DNA of 61,142 nucleotides, counting the filler. It is 11 parts of 11 records of this genome, joined end to end, with 100 filler letters (N's around TTAATTAATTAA, not from the genome) between each part and the next. Parts side by side here need not be neighbours in the genome. Positions count along the whole stretch, not along the records: positions 49,042 to 56,495 come from SRR7504441_2842; positions 56,596 to 61,142 come from SRR7504441_2844; 9 more parts are not named here. One strand, 5' to 3'. Positions within the stretch are counted from its first letter, which is position 1; each line of letters opens with the position of its first letter. Below, in pieces: positions 49,359 through 58,955 of the stretch. The translations under genes were made by a program, and so were the position numbers. The notes under the pieces are model-generated. The model saw only the letters and a program-made list of their open reading frames with translations, was not told the DNA's origin and made no database searches.

Positions 49359-51649
49359 ATGGAGGAGGAGCCGCCCCGCCCCCAGGAGGACCGGTGCCCC
49401 GCCCTCTCTGGTTGGCTAGCTAGCCCACCGCCCGCAGGTTCGGATTCCCCGTCCTGGCGCCGCAGCTCCGGATCGACGCAGCCGCCCAGGCGGTGGTCCG
49501 CGAGCGCTGGGCGGCCGCGGCCTTGCTGTCGGGTTGGGCTGGCTCTGGGGCGCACCGCTGAGCCGGCGGCAGCGGAGGTCGAGGACCAGCAGCGCCAAAA
49601 TTATTTCGAGGGGATCGTCCTCCGGCAAGGCTGGAATCAATTCGACAGGTGCCGCCCCCGGGCCCGGCGCGGATCGACGAGCGGCAGGCTGGCCGCCTGG
49701 GCTCGGCGTGGCGTCCCACCGGAGCTCCGCCCGCGGGTTTGCTGGCCAGGTCCGGCGTGTTGAGGACGGGCCAGGTCTGGCGCCAGCTGTGCGCGCTGCA
49801 TCAAATACCTCACGATAGCCAGCATTACAACTATCTTACCGCCAAGCGCCCGTCGCCCCAGGTGCCGCCTAGGGTGCAGCAGGTGCCAGCCGGTGGGACA
49901 GGTGCTGGAGGAGATCGGGAAGGATTTACATCGCACCTTCCCAGAGAACAGAACCGCCTGCAGCCCGGCGCGACTCAAGATTCAGGCAACCATCAGCTCG
50001 CGCTGCCCGAATCTGCGTCCAGGAGCGGGTGCTGGCGGCGTTCGGGGTGCACGACGAGCTGGGCTATTGCCAGGGTCGGGCTGGCTGCGCGAGCGTGGGG
50101 TTGAGGAGGCGTGCAGGGATGAACTTTGTGTGCGGGTTCCTGCTTATAGCGCTCGATGACGAACTTGACGTCTTCTGGTGCCCCCTGACCCACCCCCATC
50201 CTACCCAGCGGCTGGCTTAATCGGTGGCAGGTGCATGGTGGCTCTAGTCCAAAAACTACTCCCGGGGTGCTCCCGGCTGCGGCGCTGGTGCTAGCCGCCA
50301 CATAGGTACTTTGCAGCCGACCTGAGCGGATCCGTAGTCGATCTGCGAGTGTTTGAGGACATAGTGCGTGCCCGGCCGGCCAGGTTGGAGCTCCGGGGGT
50401 TCAGGTGCGGATGGGACTGCCTGAGATTGCCGAGAAGTTGCGTGAGCTGCATTTTGACATGGAACTCGTCTCTGCCCAGGCGAGTGATGGCTGTAGATAT
50501 GGCAGCCTGGACTGACCGCTGCCGTGCCGCAGTGGCTCACCACGCTGTTTGTGACAACCCATCCGGCGGACTTTGTAGCCAACGCCTGGGATGTGATAAG
50601 AGCATGCTCACATGCCGCAATGATTGCTCTGTTCAGGTCATCATGTGCGATGGGGCTGACGGATTGCTCCGGATATGTGCTCGATTCCTGGGTGCGCCCG
50701 ACGGCCGGCCCGGTGCCGACTGCCAGGCAGCGGCGCATCGCGAGATGATCATGGAGGCTGATGACGGGTGCGCACCAGCCAGCCACGGGTTGGAGCAGGG
50801 GGGTAGGTATGAGCTCGCCTGGCAGCTCAAGCAGACCGCGTATAGCTACTTCAGCTGCCACGAGCTGGCCAAGGCATCCAGCTGGCCAAGGCCTGGCCAG
50901 CCTGGCCGCAGGTGCGCATCGACAATCCGGAGAGCCTGTCCTCGGAGTTCATCAAGGAGCGTCGTGAGTTCCACAGGCAAGCTGTAGACCGGGTGCTGGG
51001 CTGAGCCCCAGGCAGTGCCGAGCTGGCCAAGGAGAAGCAGCAGAAGCACGACGCCCAGCCTTTCATGCAGGCGCGTTGGCAGCCGGTTGGGTGGCATTCA
51101 GAGGGCGCCTGCAGCGGCTCGGCTTCAACTCGAAACTGGAAAAGCTCCGCAAGGGCAGGAATGCCCTGCTCAAGAAGCTCGGGGATAGGGCCAACGAGTT
51201 TCTAGGTGGTGGCGCAGTGAGCGGTAGGCTAAGTGGTTGGGAAAGGCGATCGAGGACAGCCGATGCCGCCCCAACCAACCACGACCGCTGCTCGCGACCT
51301 CACTGATCAGACACTGGGCACCACGGGGTCGATGCGGGTGGTGAGTCTACTCCTACCTAAGCCTTTGAGCAGTCCTGCAAATGAGGGGATGAGGCGGGGC
51401 GGGTATTAACCTGGTGAGTGCAGACCAAGCACACGGTCTCGGCTTACGATAGCCTGGGGACGGTGCTGTGGCGGGAGCAGGGCAAGCCTGACGCGAGTGC
51501 AGGTGGCGGTGGCCTTTGATATGTCTATGCAAGACCTGATGGACCTGAATGAAGGGCTCGATGTGACCAAGCCGCTGCAGGCGGGCGATCAGATCATGGT
51601 GTTGCAGTGGCATTATGATAACGACCGCGATTCCGGTCCCCATGAATAA
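49359..51649 (+). CDS. TBC-domain RabGAP with C-terminal LysM domain, many introns
   Basis: RRGVPPELRPR|VW, IGKDLHRTF (Arg finger), GYCQ|GMNFVCGFLL (Gln finger); terminal exons give HTVSAYDSLGT|VAVAFDMSMQDLMDLNEGLDVTKPLQAGDQIMV. Confidence 0.82.
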
Positions 51650-51737
51650 TTGTATTTGTTCTTTTGTAATCACTACCTACAATCATGTACCAGTACAGTT
51701 GTGTACGTATTTAGACGTGTACAATCATGTCATTAGG

Positions 51738-52032
51738 AGTATGTCACGATATGTCAGGATATGTCAAGACATGTCGGGATATGTCAGGATGTGTCGGGAT
51801 GTGTCGGGATGTGTAAGGATATGTCAGGATATGTCAGGATATGTCGCTCGGGATATGTCGGGATATGTCGCTCGAGATAAGTCAGGATGTGTCAGGCTAT
51901 GTCAGGATATGTCAAGACATGTCACGATATGTGAGATAATTATGTCAGGATATGACATTCATTTGTCAGGAGAAGACATGTCAAGACATGTCACGATTAT
52001 GTCACGATATGGCAGGATATTTCCGCTCGGGA
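51738..52032 (+). repeat. Degenerate 10-bp tandem array (ATGTCAGGAT consensus)
   Basis: More than 20 variants such as atgtcaggat, atgtcacgat, gtgtcgggat and atgtcaagac, ending ..ttccgctcggg. Confidence 0.92.
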
Positions 52033-52205
52033 GGTTCTATGTGCGAGGGGTTGCCCTTTATTTAATGCTGGATGTGGGTTTGGCGTTCTCGTCTCGTTCA
52101 CCGAGTTGTTAAAAAAAGAATTACGCGTATACTGGTAAGCTTACATGCATACGACCGATCGGAATCACAACGCATCCAGCTTCACGTCAAGATACCTGCA
52201 GCCCG

Positions 52206-53617
52206 TCAGCACACAGAGCCATAATTTCGCCGGCTCACAAGGCAAAGTGGTCCGAAAAGTCGCCGTCCACCCGGCGCGAGGTTAGCATCTCGTGAGGGAA
52301 GTCTGGCGAAAGGAAAATATAGTCGTACCGCACGTCTCGCCACCGGTACGTTGCCATCGGCCCACGGCCCACCTGCACTGCTAGTTTGCCCAACGCCTGC
52401 CCTGGCTCGGACCTCATTGAACGCGTCCCTGGCCCCGGTGGCCATAAACTGCTCGAGCGCGTCGCCCTGCGGGTTGATCTCAAAGTCTCCAAACCCGTGA
52501 TATTTGTAGTCCTCCTCAAGAGCCCTCCACTCAGCATCGTCATAGTCCTCCTGAACCGCCAATCAGCCCGACCCACCATTCATCAAGGCACCCGGCGGAG
52601 CGCATTGAACGAGCCGAGCAGCGCGAACCCTCCGGCGTTCTTGCTGGCACCTGCAGCGACTGGAGGCCGGCCACCCGGATGGCAGCACCGTGCATGGCCT
52701 CGTCTACTGCTGCCAGTTGCTCTTGCCGGATCAGCTCGTTGGTGTGGTGCAGCCTGGTGACCCCTGTGCACACTGGCGGGTAGTCTGGGTGCCACTGTGG
52801 GCCAGTCAGTTGGCATCAGTTGGGTGCCCACCTTGATATCCCCCACCACCACCACACTCCCACTCTGGAGCTCGTGAGCGATCGGCGGAGCAGAGAACGG
52901 GAAGAGCGACATCAGCGCGTTCCCGAACTGGCTGCCGTCGCTGCCGGCCGGTGAGCTGCTGGCTGGTCGCATCGAACCTGTGGAATGCGTGGTGGATCAG
53001 CCCAGTCGCCTCAGCCACAAAATCGAGCACGTTCTGGCCCTCCTGCACCGACCGCTCGGACCGCCCGGCCCCGGCCAGCTACGTGCGCCCCGGCCAGCCC
53101 GTCCGACTCGCGCACTTGCCGGTCGTGCACTTCGCAAAGGGCCACAATGTCCGGGTCAACCTTTTTGATCAAATCCTGCACCGCCCAGATGCTCGAGTGC
53201 CCGTGCGCGCTGCCCCCGGCTGAGCCCCGCCCCAGGCCGCCGGGTGCCTGGTCCAGCCGCGCACGTTGACGGTGAGCATGCGGAGCCGGGCCTTTGGGCC
53301 GTTTTGCAGTGGGGCCTGCTGTCGGGTTCAGCAGTGGCCAGCCGGCTGGACCCGCCTTGCGGACCATCGAGAAGCGCACGAACACCCCCTGTTTGGGCGG
53401 GCAGTAAAAGTACCGCACACCGTCCACTGCCGGCCGTCAGCCAGCCCGCGGGCCGGGGGGCACCGCTGCCGTCGTTCTTGCCCTCGAAGCCGTCGTCGAG
53501 CACCACACCCACCCAGGAGCCCTTGGCGAACTGGGTCTCCCCGAGGTAGCGGACGGTGCCTGTCTCGGTGCCCCGGACCAGCACCCGCATCCCGAGCTCA
53601 GGGATCATCCGGCTCAT
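52206..53617 (-). CDS. CAP-Gly domain fused to an exonuclease/endonuclease/phosphatase (EEP) domain, multi-exon
   Basis: GTVRYLGETQFAKGSWVGVVLD..GKNDGS|VDGVRYFYCPPKQGVFVR; then LRMLTVNVRG, DPDIVALCEV, GNALMSLFP, LLGSFNA, RYDYIF and FSDHFAL. Confidence 0.85.
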
Positions 53618-53938
53618 CCTGATGACGCCGCCGCCCCTGGTGGTCTCCTGGTCTGTGCAACGGCCTTCACTCCACTGTCCTGAAGAACACGTAGATCTAC
53701 TCTACTAATAATAACTGATCGATACCATGTATGAGTGTGTGAGCCCTGGCCTCCTCACAAGTGTGTGCACTCTTCTGTATTTAACTTTATACTAACTTTA
53801 CATAGCGAGGGGCTTCATGCAAGCTTCCTGCGCTCCGGCTCCGGCCGGCATATTACTGCGTCTATATTGTTAATTGTTTGAGGTGTTTGAGGCGTTCTTT
53901 GAGGTATTAATCGATCTATAACCGATCGGTGATCTATA

Positions 53939-55620
53939 TCACGGCTGCGGGCTAGGCTCCGACGGCTCGGACAGCTCAAGCCCGAGGCCTCTAGCGTCGG
54001 GCTCCTCTGCTGGGGCGGGCTCGTCCCAAAGCTCGGACTTGGTGACCAGCACCCCATAGAGCTCCACCCCGGACACGGCAAAGTACCAGTCGCCGTCGTG
54101 CGCCGGCTTGGTCATCTGCAGCCGGAACCTTTGGTGCGTGCTCTCCAACGGCTCGAGCTTCCAGGTGAATGTCCCGTAGTCGTCATCCGTCCCCTCCAGG
54201 TTCCTGTCGTCCACGTGCTCGTGCAGCATCGTCCACTGCTCGCCATCATTCGACCCCTCAAGCACCCAATCGCGCGCACGCGAAGCCCCGCCGCCCCTGC
54301 CAATCTGTGGGCCCCCGCCCGGGCTGGCAGGCACCGGCGGAGCGTGTAGGCGTGCAGGCTGAGGCTGTGCTGCGGTCCTAGGTCGATCTGGTACCAAGTC
54401 TCGTTCGGATCATCGTCGGTCCAAACGTCGGCGCCCTCCCGCCCGACCACGTTGTTCAGGTCACCGTAGCACATCTTGCCGCTGCTCAAGCTGACTGATC
54501 CGAGCACCGCTGGGTTGCAATACTTGGCCGTGCCCGCCTGCCCGCTCTCAGCCAGGGCCCACACCGGGGCTGCCTTGGTCCCGAGGTGGTAGAGCACCCC
54601 GTTGGTGTCCAGATCCTGCTCGTACCCAAACACCCGACTCACCCTCACGCAGTGCCGCGCGCCCGGCGGGATCGAAGTACCAGTCCGCTCATACCAACCC
54701 AGCCGCTCGAGCAGTGCGTCGGTCACCCGCTGGTCTGGCACACACGGCCGGCCGCTGGCGTCGCGCAGCTCGTCGGCGCTCAAGTGCTCGAACTGGATGC
54801 AGCCCAGGATCTGGTCTACTGCATCCTCACCGAGTTGAGGGTACCGGTCGAGGTACGCCATTGCCCACCTGTACAAGTCGGCCTCTCTGCGGACCACCAG
54901 CTCAGGGTGCGAGGCAAGCATCAGGAACATGTCCAGCGGCAGCTCGAGCAAAGCCTCCGGGTAGCTTTCGAGCGCCTGATGCAGGTTGGGCGCCACAAGG
55001 CCCACAAAAGCCTCAGCCAGCACAAGCCCCTCGGCGAACTTGGCCGACTCAATAAAGTACCGGGTGGCGGTCTTGGGGTCCACTTGACCGGAGATGTGCG
55101 CCTGCACCTTCTCCTTGAGCACCTGCACCTGCAGCTGCTCCGCGGCCACCAGCACCGGAATCGCGGTAGCGGACGAGATCTCGATATCGCCCTGCCCCAG
55201 CCTCGAGCGGGCTACACACGGGGCGCACCGTGTACAGGCTCCGGATCACCGCGTACAGCACGTTGGCCGGGTCCGGGAACTTGATCGCGAACTCGGCCTG
55301 CGAACTCTCCTGGAATCCGCCCCCGAACGCCGCCCGGAAGAACTCCGAGTGCGCGGACAGCACTAGCCTGCCCGGCCTGCCGCCCGAGCACGGCCCAGCG
55401 CACCGGTGTACCCGGACCTGCACGGCCGAGGGCAGGATCACGGTGCAGTCGCTGAAAAGGGGCGAGTCGAAATAGTCGCACAGCGGACCGCCGGCCTGGC
55501 TCGGGCTGTAGTAGGCCCTGCCCCGGCTCAGCAGGGCCGGGTGGGCGGGCGGCACAGGGTCCAGAGCTCAGGCTTCTCCAGGCTCACCATGTCGCTTGGC
55601 AGCGACTGCTCGCCGGCCAT
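53939..55620 (-). CDS. BTB/POZ-BACK-discoidin-like (F5/8C) protein, multi-exon
   Basis: FSDCTVIL..VHR|LVLSAHSEFFRAAF (BTB), LLELPLDMFLML..EADLYRW (BACK), DTNGVLYHLGT, WYQIDLG, YTLR, RDWVLEGSNDGEQW, SGVELYG. Confidence 0.85.
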
Positions 55621-56062
55621 CGGCCCCCGCGGGTGGCCTGCTGTGAGCGAGGCCACTCTGCGAGGCCCAGCGGGGCAACGGCAAAGGCGTCCAACTCCTT
55701 TTGGAACGATAGTAGCCTGGCCATGGCGGCATGGCGGCATGGCCGAGCTCGGACATTACTCAGATTTCAAGCTGTAGCCATTCCAAGGCATGTACGTTAC
55801 CATGGCTGCCCTCAACGCGGACGACGAGGGAGCCGTGCTTACTTATGCAGTCATTTTCAGCGCTGGTACACTTGGTGTACACTTGGTGGAGCGGAGGGGT
55901 GGCATTTTGTGTATTGTTTTAGTTTTTTTCATGGGGTATTTTTATTTCTTTTTTTTTTGCGTTTTAAAAAACTTATTTCTGTCTGGGCCACTCACTGTGA
56001 GAAAGGAGTTGAAAAGGTGGTGCTCAGAGTGTACTGGTGCTTCAAGGCATTCAACGCCTTCT

Positions 56063-56495
56063 TCAACGCGTCATTTTTTTGTATTTAACAATCAAATCCC
56101 GATCCAATATCAACTGGTGGCTTAGCCCTTGTCGCTCCTGCTTCAAATATTGGATGTGATCGTTTATCACTTGAGGATTAAGATGTCCATTCACGTCTCT
56201 CTCTATCTCTGCGTCCGCAATCTCTTTGTCCAGGTGCGAAATTAATTGTTTCAGTGCATCCATCTTTGCATTCAGCGTTTCGCCACACAAAAAAGCCTGG
56301 GCTTTGTCGCCTCCCAGAAGTCTGGTGAGCGCGGCGATGGCTGTTTGAACGGCAGAAGTAACGTGTTCAGGCACAGGGATCTCGCCCGCCACCACAAGGG
56401 GCGTAGCGTCGTCTTCATCCAACGACGCAAGTTGAATGCGACCGACACGAGTCGCAACTGTTCTGGTTAATCCCAAATTTCTAAATAGGATTAAC
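56063..56495 (-). CDS. Hypothetical coiled-coil ORF in a lower-GC segment at the contig end
   Basis: 137-aa ORF without introns; base composition visibly more AT-rich than flanking genes. Confidence 0.35.
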
Positions 56496-56837
56496 NNNNN
56501 NNNNNNNNNNNNNNNNNNNNNNNNNNNNNNNNNNNNNNNTTAATTAATTAANNNNNNNNNNNNNNNNNNNNNNNNNNNNNNNNNNNNNNNNNNNNTCCCC
56601 ACATGGAGCCCTCCCGCCCAAAGCTACTATTTAGACACTAGCACTCATGTACTGGTTGACTTATATGTATCAAATGGTCATCCCAATTGGTTTAATATGG
56701 TATCACGCTAGTAGTCGCCCGGGCCGTCGTAGGGCCGTCGTGCAGTCGAATTGAACACTTGAACGGACAGCTGACCTGAACATCCAAGCCAACGAGTTCT
56801 GGCATGTGAATGCCGTTGCTCAGAAGAGTTGGTGAGA

Positions 56838-57359
56838 ATGAGCGACGGAGGTAGGCGAGCGCGCCGGGCCAGGCCCTGAGAGGTCCTGTGTGCAGACATT
56901 TCCCTAAGCACGACGCCGCCGGACACGCGTTTCCCGAACGTTAACCAGGCCCGGCACTGCTTCTCGAGGTCGGCCGCGCCCGTGCCCCCGGCGAGCCAGG
57001 GGGGATCAGATTTAATGAGTACAACCGGTGTGTCGCCAAGCAGGGCGCGGAGAAGTGCGCCACTCTAAAGAAGTTCTACGAGGCAGTCTGCCCGAACGAG
57101 TGGGTGCGTACGCTCCCCTCCCCCGGCCTGTGCCTGGCCGCGCCCTGTCTCGATCGTCCGGCTTGGTCGGGCGTAACCCAGCCCCCTGGAACGCAGATAT
57201 CTGGCGGGGCCCTTGTGTCGGTCCGGCGGGGGGCGGTTCTTGAGGTCGGGGTTGCAGAGCAACAAGTGGATCGATCAGATGGAGGCCGGCACCTTCCCGG
57301 GCCCCACCTTCGAGGAGGGGACTGGCAAGATGATTCACCCCCGCGCTGGCATGCATTAA
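56838..57359 (+). CDS. COX6B: Cytochrome c oxidase subunit 6B (COX12-like), 4 exons
   Basis: Spliced: DTRFPNVNQARHCFSR|FNEYNRCVAKQGAEKCATLKKFYEAVCPNEW|SNKWIDQMEAGTFPGP; the ORF track misses it. Confidence 0.9.
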
Positions 57360-57578
57360 GATCCGTCGGCACTGCCCCGCCGAAGTCATTCGCGGACTGA
57401 TCGGGTGGTGCTCCGGGTTCCCCCCTAAGGGGATATGTGATGGAACTTCTTGTCTCGATTAGTCTGGACGAAATCCGTCCACCGGAGCAAACTTCTTAGC
57501 TTTTAAAGTGAATCAACGCTTTAAATAAGTCTATTCAGGTTGCCATTGCGCGTCTGGGCCTCTCCTCGTAAACCGGCA

Positions 57579-58838
57579 CTACACCAACAAATTGAGCTGT
57601 CGGTAGCTTGGATGATCGATAGGCGGCATCGCGTGCCCGTCATCATGCAAGCACGCGCTAACCTTGCAACCAGCCGCCCGCCACATCTCCTTGAGTTTCT
57701 CCACATGCAACGCGCAGCCTTGCTCGTCCAGCAGCCCCCCCGATAGAAACACCTTTAGTTTGCCATAAGGAGTCTCCGCAATCTCAGGCAGCACGAAAGC
57801 ATCCGCTCGACCTAGCTTCTGCCGCATCTCGTAAGAGTTCATCATGCACGACCAGCCGGCGATGAATCCTATCTTGCGCTCGCAGGCCCTGTTGATCCTC
57901 TCCAGACGCTCAGCCAGCTGCATCACCGCGGAAAATCCCTGAGAGAACCCACACAGCCCATCATACCCGCCTGCTCGCACAATCTGCCGCTCTAGACTAT
58001 CAATCGGGGCATCAAGCGCTGCCTCATTTCTCGGCAGGTTGCGGTCGTATCCGCGGTAGTATTGCGGTTCAAAGTCATAGAAGCTGTACAGCTCAATCGA
58101 GCCTTCGAGACCGGCGGATCTGAAGTCCTCGCCGAGACCCACCGACTCGTGGAGCTGAGCGGCCGACAGCCGGACCTCCCCCTGCGCGCACTCCACCTCG
58201 GCCTGCCCGCCGAATGCCTTCCGGATCAGATCTGCCCCTCGCCCTGAGCCCAGAGCCGCACGGCACGCACCGATCTGAAAGTCTCTCGCTATTTGGGCCG
58301 AGCTGCCGTCCCCGTGAAGGAAGAGCAACTTCAACGGCCGCCGGATGGGCAAGCCGGCCGGACCCGGGACCGGCGCCCCGGCCGCTGCCCCGGCCGCCTG
58401 CTGCAACGCGGCTCGGAGCTTCTTGATAAGCCCGGTAATGGCGGCCACCTCCTCCGGACGGCGCCGGTGATGGTTGGGGTCGAACTGCGGGTGCCGCCAC
58501 TGGTCGCCGTTGGTATCGGCCGCTGCCTCCCTCAGCCGCTCAAGGTCGCGTGCGGCTCGCTGCATCGCTCCCATCCGGACACGTCTCGGGTCGCTTTCCA
58601 CCGCCCGCAGCACCGCCGCTGTGTCGGCCCGGACCAGACCGGCCGCTTCCAGACCGGCCAGCTGGTCCAGCGTCACCGGCATCGGCACGTGCACGTGGCC
58701 TTGGTCGGTATCCGGCGACTCCAGGCTCTGGGCTGCCCCGGGCTTGACGATCCCGGACTCGACCCCGGCCTCGAACTCGGCCCGGTCGATCTTGCCGTCG
58801 CCATTGGTGTCCAGCTTGTTGAACGTCTTGTCTGCCAT
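57579..58838 (-). CDS. FSH1/OVCA2-family serine hydrolase with an N-terminal EF-hand
   Basis: FNKLDTNGDGKIDRAEF; LKLLFLHGDGSS, YDGLCGFSQG (nucleophile elbow), HDDGHAMP. Confidence 0.8.
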   Translation of the reverse strand: MADKTFNKLDTNGDGKIDRAEFEAGVESGIVKPGAAQSLESPDTDQGHVHVPMPVTLDQLAGLEAAGLVRADTAAVLRAVESDPRRVRMGAMQRAARDLERLREAAADTNGDQWRHPQFDPNHHRRRPEEVAAITGLIKKLRAALQQAAGAAAGAPVPGPAGLPIRRPLKLLFLHGDGSSAQIARDFQIGACRAALGSGRGADLIRKAFGGQAEVECAQGEVRLSAAQLHESVGLGEDFRSAGLEGSIELYSFYDFEPQYYRGYDRNLPRNEAALDAPIDSLERQIVRAGGYDGLCGFSQGFSAVMQLAERLERINRACERKIGFIAGWSCMMNSYEMRQKLGRADAFVLPEIAETPYGKLKVFLSGGLLDEQGCALHVEKLKEMWRAAGCKVSACLHDDGHAMPPIDHPSYRQLNLLV

Positions 58839-58955
58839 CTCACTGCGCAACAGCTGCCAATGCTGCCTGCCGCCGCACTCCTTGCCACCGACTGGCCCAG
58901 ATTGAAGCAACGGAAGTTACACTCCATGGGTTAAAGGGCTTCCACGCATGGGAAG

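Noticed and set aside
51738-52032. Possible CRISPR array, or the 165-aa ORF at 51615-52112
   Set aside because: There are no unique spacers between repeats, the context is eukaryotic, and the ORF is just translated satellite.
11135-56595. Recurring TTAATTAATTAA flanked by Ns, resembling a repeat family or array
   Set aside because: It is a synthetic six-frame-stop linker between contigs; any apparent gene cluster spanning it is also unsupported.
33094-57359. COX11 and COX6B as a respiratory gene cluster
   Set aside because: They lie on different contigs separated by linkers.
57400-57460. Hairpin (gttcccccctaagggg..ggaac) in the COX6B 3' region as a SECIS or terminator
   Set aside because: There is no clear SECIS core and no in-frame TGA in COX6B; a short GC stem is expected by chance.
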